In this document: positions 61,355 through 64,000 of the stretch, piece after piece
Layout of the letters: each line of letters starts with the position of its first letter
Position numbering within the stretch: position 1 is the stretch's first letter
Assembly: GCA_964518565.1 (NCBI GenBank)
Contig: CAZFGX010000001.1
Span: 75,046-139,045, forward strand
Source: an uncultured Gammaproteobacteria bacterium
GTDB taxonomy: Bacteria > Patescibacteriota > Microgenomatia > CAZETR01 > Amesbacteraceae
Direction: 5' to 3'
Length of the DNA stretch: 64,000 nucleotides
The notes under the pieces: generated by a model
Seen by the model: only the letters and a program-made list of their open reading frames with translations
Database searches by the model: none
Told to the model about the DNA's origin: nothing
Made by a program: the position numbers and the translations under genes

Positions 61355-61387
61355 TATAATAGTGATCCAACCAAGTAAAATAGCTTC

Positions 61388-62392
61388 ATGACCAAAGGTT
61401 TTATCCGTCGATATCTCAAATTGTTACCTCAGCGTGCTGGTAGTAGTTTGCGTCCCCATCTTCTTCCTATTTCAGCCGTAGCTATACTAATTATTCTCAC
61501 ATTATTTGGTTTAGCCAGTTTGCCACAAACACAAAAACAAATATCTAGTGCTCCAACGTCAGGGGCTACTCCATCTACATCTAAATCAAAAATTACCCAG
61601 CTCACATCCATACCAGTCGATATGTCCCGTGTCCCTGTTTTATCAGCCAAAAATGTTTTCATCATGGATTTGCATACCAATCAAGTCCTATACCAAAAAA
61701 ATGCCGATGAACAAATTTACCCTGCTTCAACAACTAAAATCACTACTGCCCTCGTCGTTTTAAACCATTTTAATTTACAAGATACAATTGTCGTAGACAA
61801 AGCTTACCCCGAAGGTCAAACAATCGGTGTACAACCAGGTGAAAAATTTACCGTTGAAAATTTGCTGTATGCCTTACTCATCCAGTCTGCCAATGATGTC
61901 GCCGAAGTATTTGCTCAGGCGTATCCTGGCGGTAGACCTGCATTTGTTACGGAGATGAATAAAACAGTTACCGATCTAGGTTTACAGCATACCTATTTCA
62001 AAAATCCTACTGGGTTAGATGAAGAGGGCCACTTTAGTAGCGCAGCGGACCTGTCACGCCTGGCTGCACAAGCAATGCGCAATCCATTGTTTAAACGAAT
62101 CGTTTCAACTGAAAATTCCATTATAGACACCCAAGATCACCAACAATCATTTATTTTGACCAATACCAATGAACTTTTGGGTAAAATCCCTGGCGTATTA
62201 GGGGTAAAAACTGGGTTCACTGAAAAAGCTGGCGAGTCACTCATTAGTGAAGTAGATCGTGACAATAAAAATGTTCTGATTGCCATCTTAGGTAGCCAAG
62301 ACAGATTTGGAGATACTCATAAACTAATAAACTGGCTATATTCTGACTCTAGTACTACTGCGTCGGTATCGGGCTCGTTGGGGTCTCAGTAA
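61388..62392 (+). CDS. D-alanyl-D-alanine carboxypeptidase (peptidase S11)
   Basis: SxxK (PASTTK), SxN (SAND), KTG, N-terminal TM. Confidence 0.92.
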   Translation: MTKGFIRRYLKLLPQRAGSSLRPHLLPISAVAILIILTLFGLASLPQTQKQISSAPTSGATPSTSKSKITQLTSIPVDMSRVPVLSAKNVFIMDLHTNQVLYQKNADEQIYPASTTKITTALVVLNHFNLQDTIVVDKAYPEGQTIGVQPGEKFTVENLLYALLIQSANDVAEVFAQAYPGGRPAFVTEMNKTVTDLGLQHTYFKNPTGLDEEGHFSSAADLSRLAAQAMRNPLFKRIVSTENSIIDTQDHQQSFILTNTNELLGKIPGVLGVKTGFTEKAGESLISEVDRDNKNVLIAILGSQDRFGDTHKLINWLYSDSSTTASVSGSLGSQ

Positions 62393-63464
62393 CTGGCGCG
62401 GCTGTAGGAGAAGGTGAATTCACATAATCATGGCTTATTGCAGGTACATAAGCTTTAAATGCTCCATCTCCTTCAAATACATAGACTGGCTGTAAAAAAC
62501 CTTGCGGATCACTTGATTCGTAATATGCTAAATATGCCAAACGGACAATTACCTTTGGTCCAGCTTTTCTAGCTATATACCCCTGTCCTTGTAACAATTC
62601 ATCCCATGCTTGGCTAATCGGACGTAGTGGGTAAGTCGCAAAATCATTATCCAAAGTAGGTGAAAATTGGTAGGACAATTGAGCAACTCGTTGAGCCCCT
62701 GTATTTGGATCTCTTACACCACTAAACAACACACTTACAGGCGATGTGTCTCCACCTCCTGTAACTACTGGCATAGTATCTTTGTTTGGTCTAAAAAAAT
62801 CTACCCGGGTAAAATTTGCCTGATAAGGAGTATCGATCGGAGTAATTGCCGAACCCGAGGCTACCAAATACAATACTTTAGGATCCCCTGAAGCAAGTTC
62901 CGAGGTCAAAAGACCCATTCGAGTCAATAAACTTCTACTGCTGGCAATTGCTTCAGCTGTTTGCGGTACTTCATGACTGCTATAAATTTTCGGTTCGGTT
63001 GTCCAGTCCCATCGGTAAGCTACTGTCCCCGTAATAATGTTAAACACAATTTCTGCTGGCAAGCTCGGATGGACAAATTTATATGTCTGTTCATCTAAGG
63101 GAATTAGATCATTACTAAACCCTAATACCCCAGCTTGTTGTCGCAGTTTATCAAGGCTGACCAGACGTGCCTTGTTTACACCTACTACATATACTTTTGC
63201 TACACTTACTAAGCTTGGTAGTCCACCTTGAATTGTTTCCAATTTATACTCAGGCGTCACGTCAGTATCTTTAGAGGGAAAAACGATTTCAGGCAACTTT
63301 CCATATTTAACCGTTGGGGCAGGAGGTGGAGCTGGATGTGTTTGAGCCCAATACTTTTTTGCCAGCGCAATAGCTCCAGGAATTAGCATTAGTACTACCA
63401 GACCAACTGCTCCAAATTTAATTGCTTTGCGCGAAATTGCCGATACTTCAGTCAAAGTAGCCAT
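62355..63464 (-). CDS. Hypothetical membrane-anchored extracytoplasmic protein
   Basis: N-terminal TM, Pro-rich linker, C-terminal YLAYYES...LQPVYVFEG...YVPA. Start set at ATG 63464. Confidence 0.75.
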   Translation of the reverse strand: MATLTEVSAISRKAIKFGAVGLVVLMLIPGAIALAKKYWAQTHPAPPPAPTVKYGKLPEIVFPSKDTDVTPEYKLETIQGGLPSLVSVAKVYVVGVNKARLVSLDKLRQQAGVLGFSNDLIPLDEQTYKFVHPSLPAEIVFNIITGTVAYRWDWTTEPKIYSSHEVPQTAEAIASSRSLLTRMGLLTSELASGDPKVLYLVASGSAITPIDTPYQANFTRVDFFRPNKDTMPVVTGGGDTSPVSVLFSGVRDPNTGAQRVAQLSYQFSPTLDNDFATYPLRPISQAWDELLQGQGYIARKAGPKVIVRLAYLAYYESSDPQGFLQPVYVFEGDGAFKAYVPAISHDYVNSPSPTAAPVTETPTSPIPTQ

Positions 63465-63471
63465 GTAGCCC

Positions 63472-63498
63472 AATTTTACCACCCAAAATGGTAAAATT
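63472..63498. promoter_or_regulatory. Palindromic back-to-back extended -10 promoters
   Basis: AATTTTACCA-CCCAAAA-TGGTAAAATT gives TGGTAAAAT on both strands, 7-8 nt from each ATG. Confidence 0.65.
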
Positions 63499-63504
63499 TA
63501 AACC

Positions 63505-64000
63505 ATGACTCGAACTAGGTTTGCCCCATCACCAACTGGATTTTTACATATTGGGGGTCTTCGCACAGCCGCCTATGCCTATGCATTGGCCAAGCATGAT
63601 AATGGCGAGTTTTTGTTGCGTATCGAAGATACAGATCAAAAACGCGAAGTTGCTGGTGCGAGAGAAAAAATTCACGAAATTCTCAAAATATGCGGACTCA
63701 ATTGGGATGCAGAAACCGTCCAGTCTGTACGCGCTCGAGAAGGTTTGTATGCCCAAGCTGCAAATAAATTACTGGTTTCAGGTTACGCCTTTTATTGTCA
63801 GTGTGAGGGTAGAAATGCCAAAACCGATGGCTATTCCAACCAATTACGCGACCCTTGTCGGGACAAACATTTTACTTCTGGCGCCATCAAGCTAAAGATT
63901 CCAGACAACCAAACGGTCTCATATCATGATTTTGTTTTAGACAAAGACATATCTTGGGAAACAAACACCTTATCAGATACTGTTTTACTCAAATCAGATG
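63505..64000 (+). CDS. gltX: Glutamate--tRNA ligase (5' part)
   Basis: Not in the ORF track. MTRTRFAPSPTGFLHIGGLRTA...FLLRIEDTDQKR...AFYCQC, open to the window edge. Confidence 0.95.
   Translation, partial: MTRTRFAPSPTGFLHIGGLRTAAYAYALAKHDNGEFLLRIEDTDQKREVAGAREKIHEILKICGLNWDAETVQSVRAREGLYAQAANKLLVSGYAFYCQCEGRNAKTDGYSNQLRDPCRDKHFTSGAIKLKIPDNQTVSYHDFVLDKDISWETNTLSDTVLLKSD

Noticed and set aside
1-64000. Alternative genetic code (TGA read as Gly, as in Gracilibacteria/Absconditabacteria)
   Set aside because: Core genes are uninterrupted under code 11, and TGA ends infB, recA and mltG at expected positions.

Overview
A 64 kb, gene-dense piece of bacterial chromosome using genetic code 11. Shortened IF2, AlaRS, AspRS and Rel proteins, a compact RNase P RNA and several characteristic hypothetical proteins point to a Patescibacteria/CPR organism, most likely Microgenomates (inference). 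Most of the window is housekeeping: partial fusA, a dnaJ-like gene with a CIRCE operator, nusA-infB, rpsO-pnp, rnj-ftsK, alaS, mltG, rpoBC-rpsL-rpsG-rpsD-rpoA-rplQ-rplM-rpsI, tRNA-Pro, recA-recX-rny, HU, miaA, rnpB, secDF, cca, recJ, rel, aspS, a dacA-like gene and partial gltX. The accessory part (about 2.1-10.2 kb) holds three things. First, a two-gene putative surface-glycan system: a cellulose-synthase-like GT2 plus a GT-C (ArnT/PMT-like) transferase fused to an intact GH8 glycoside hydrolase. Second, a secreted SdrD-B-like protein ending in a Chloroflexi-type 'LFVPMVIR' tail. Third, an orphan protein with five tandem zinc-ribbon repeats next to an unknown helical protein. Other oddities are a str/alpha operon fusion (rpsG directly followed by rpsD, with fusA far away and inverted), a Lon-type AAA+ protein with no protease domain, a tRNA-Pro with a non-canonical tertiary core, structured leaders before rpsO, rpoB and aspS, widespread leaderless-type promoters, and an AbrB-fold miniprotein with a beta-clamp-like tail. 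No CRISPR array, transposase, integrase or rRNA was seen. All family calls come from motifs read by eye, not from database searches.
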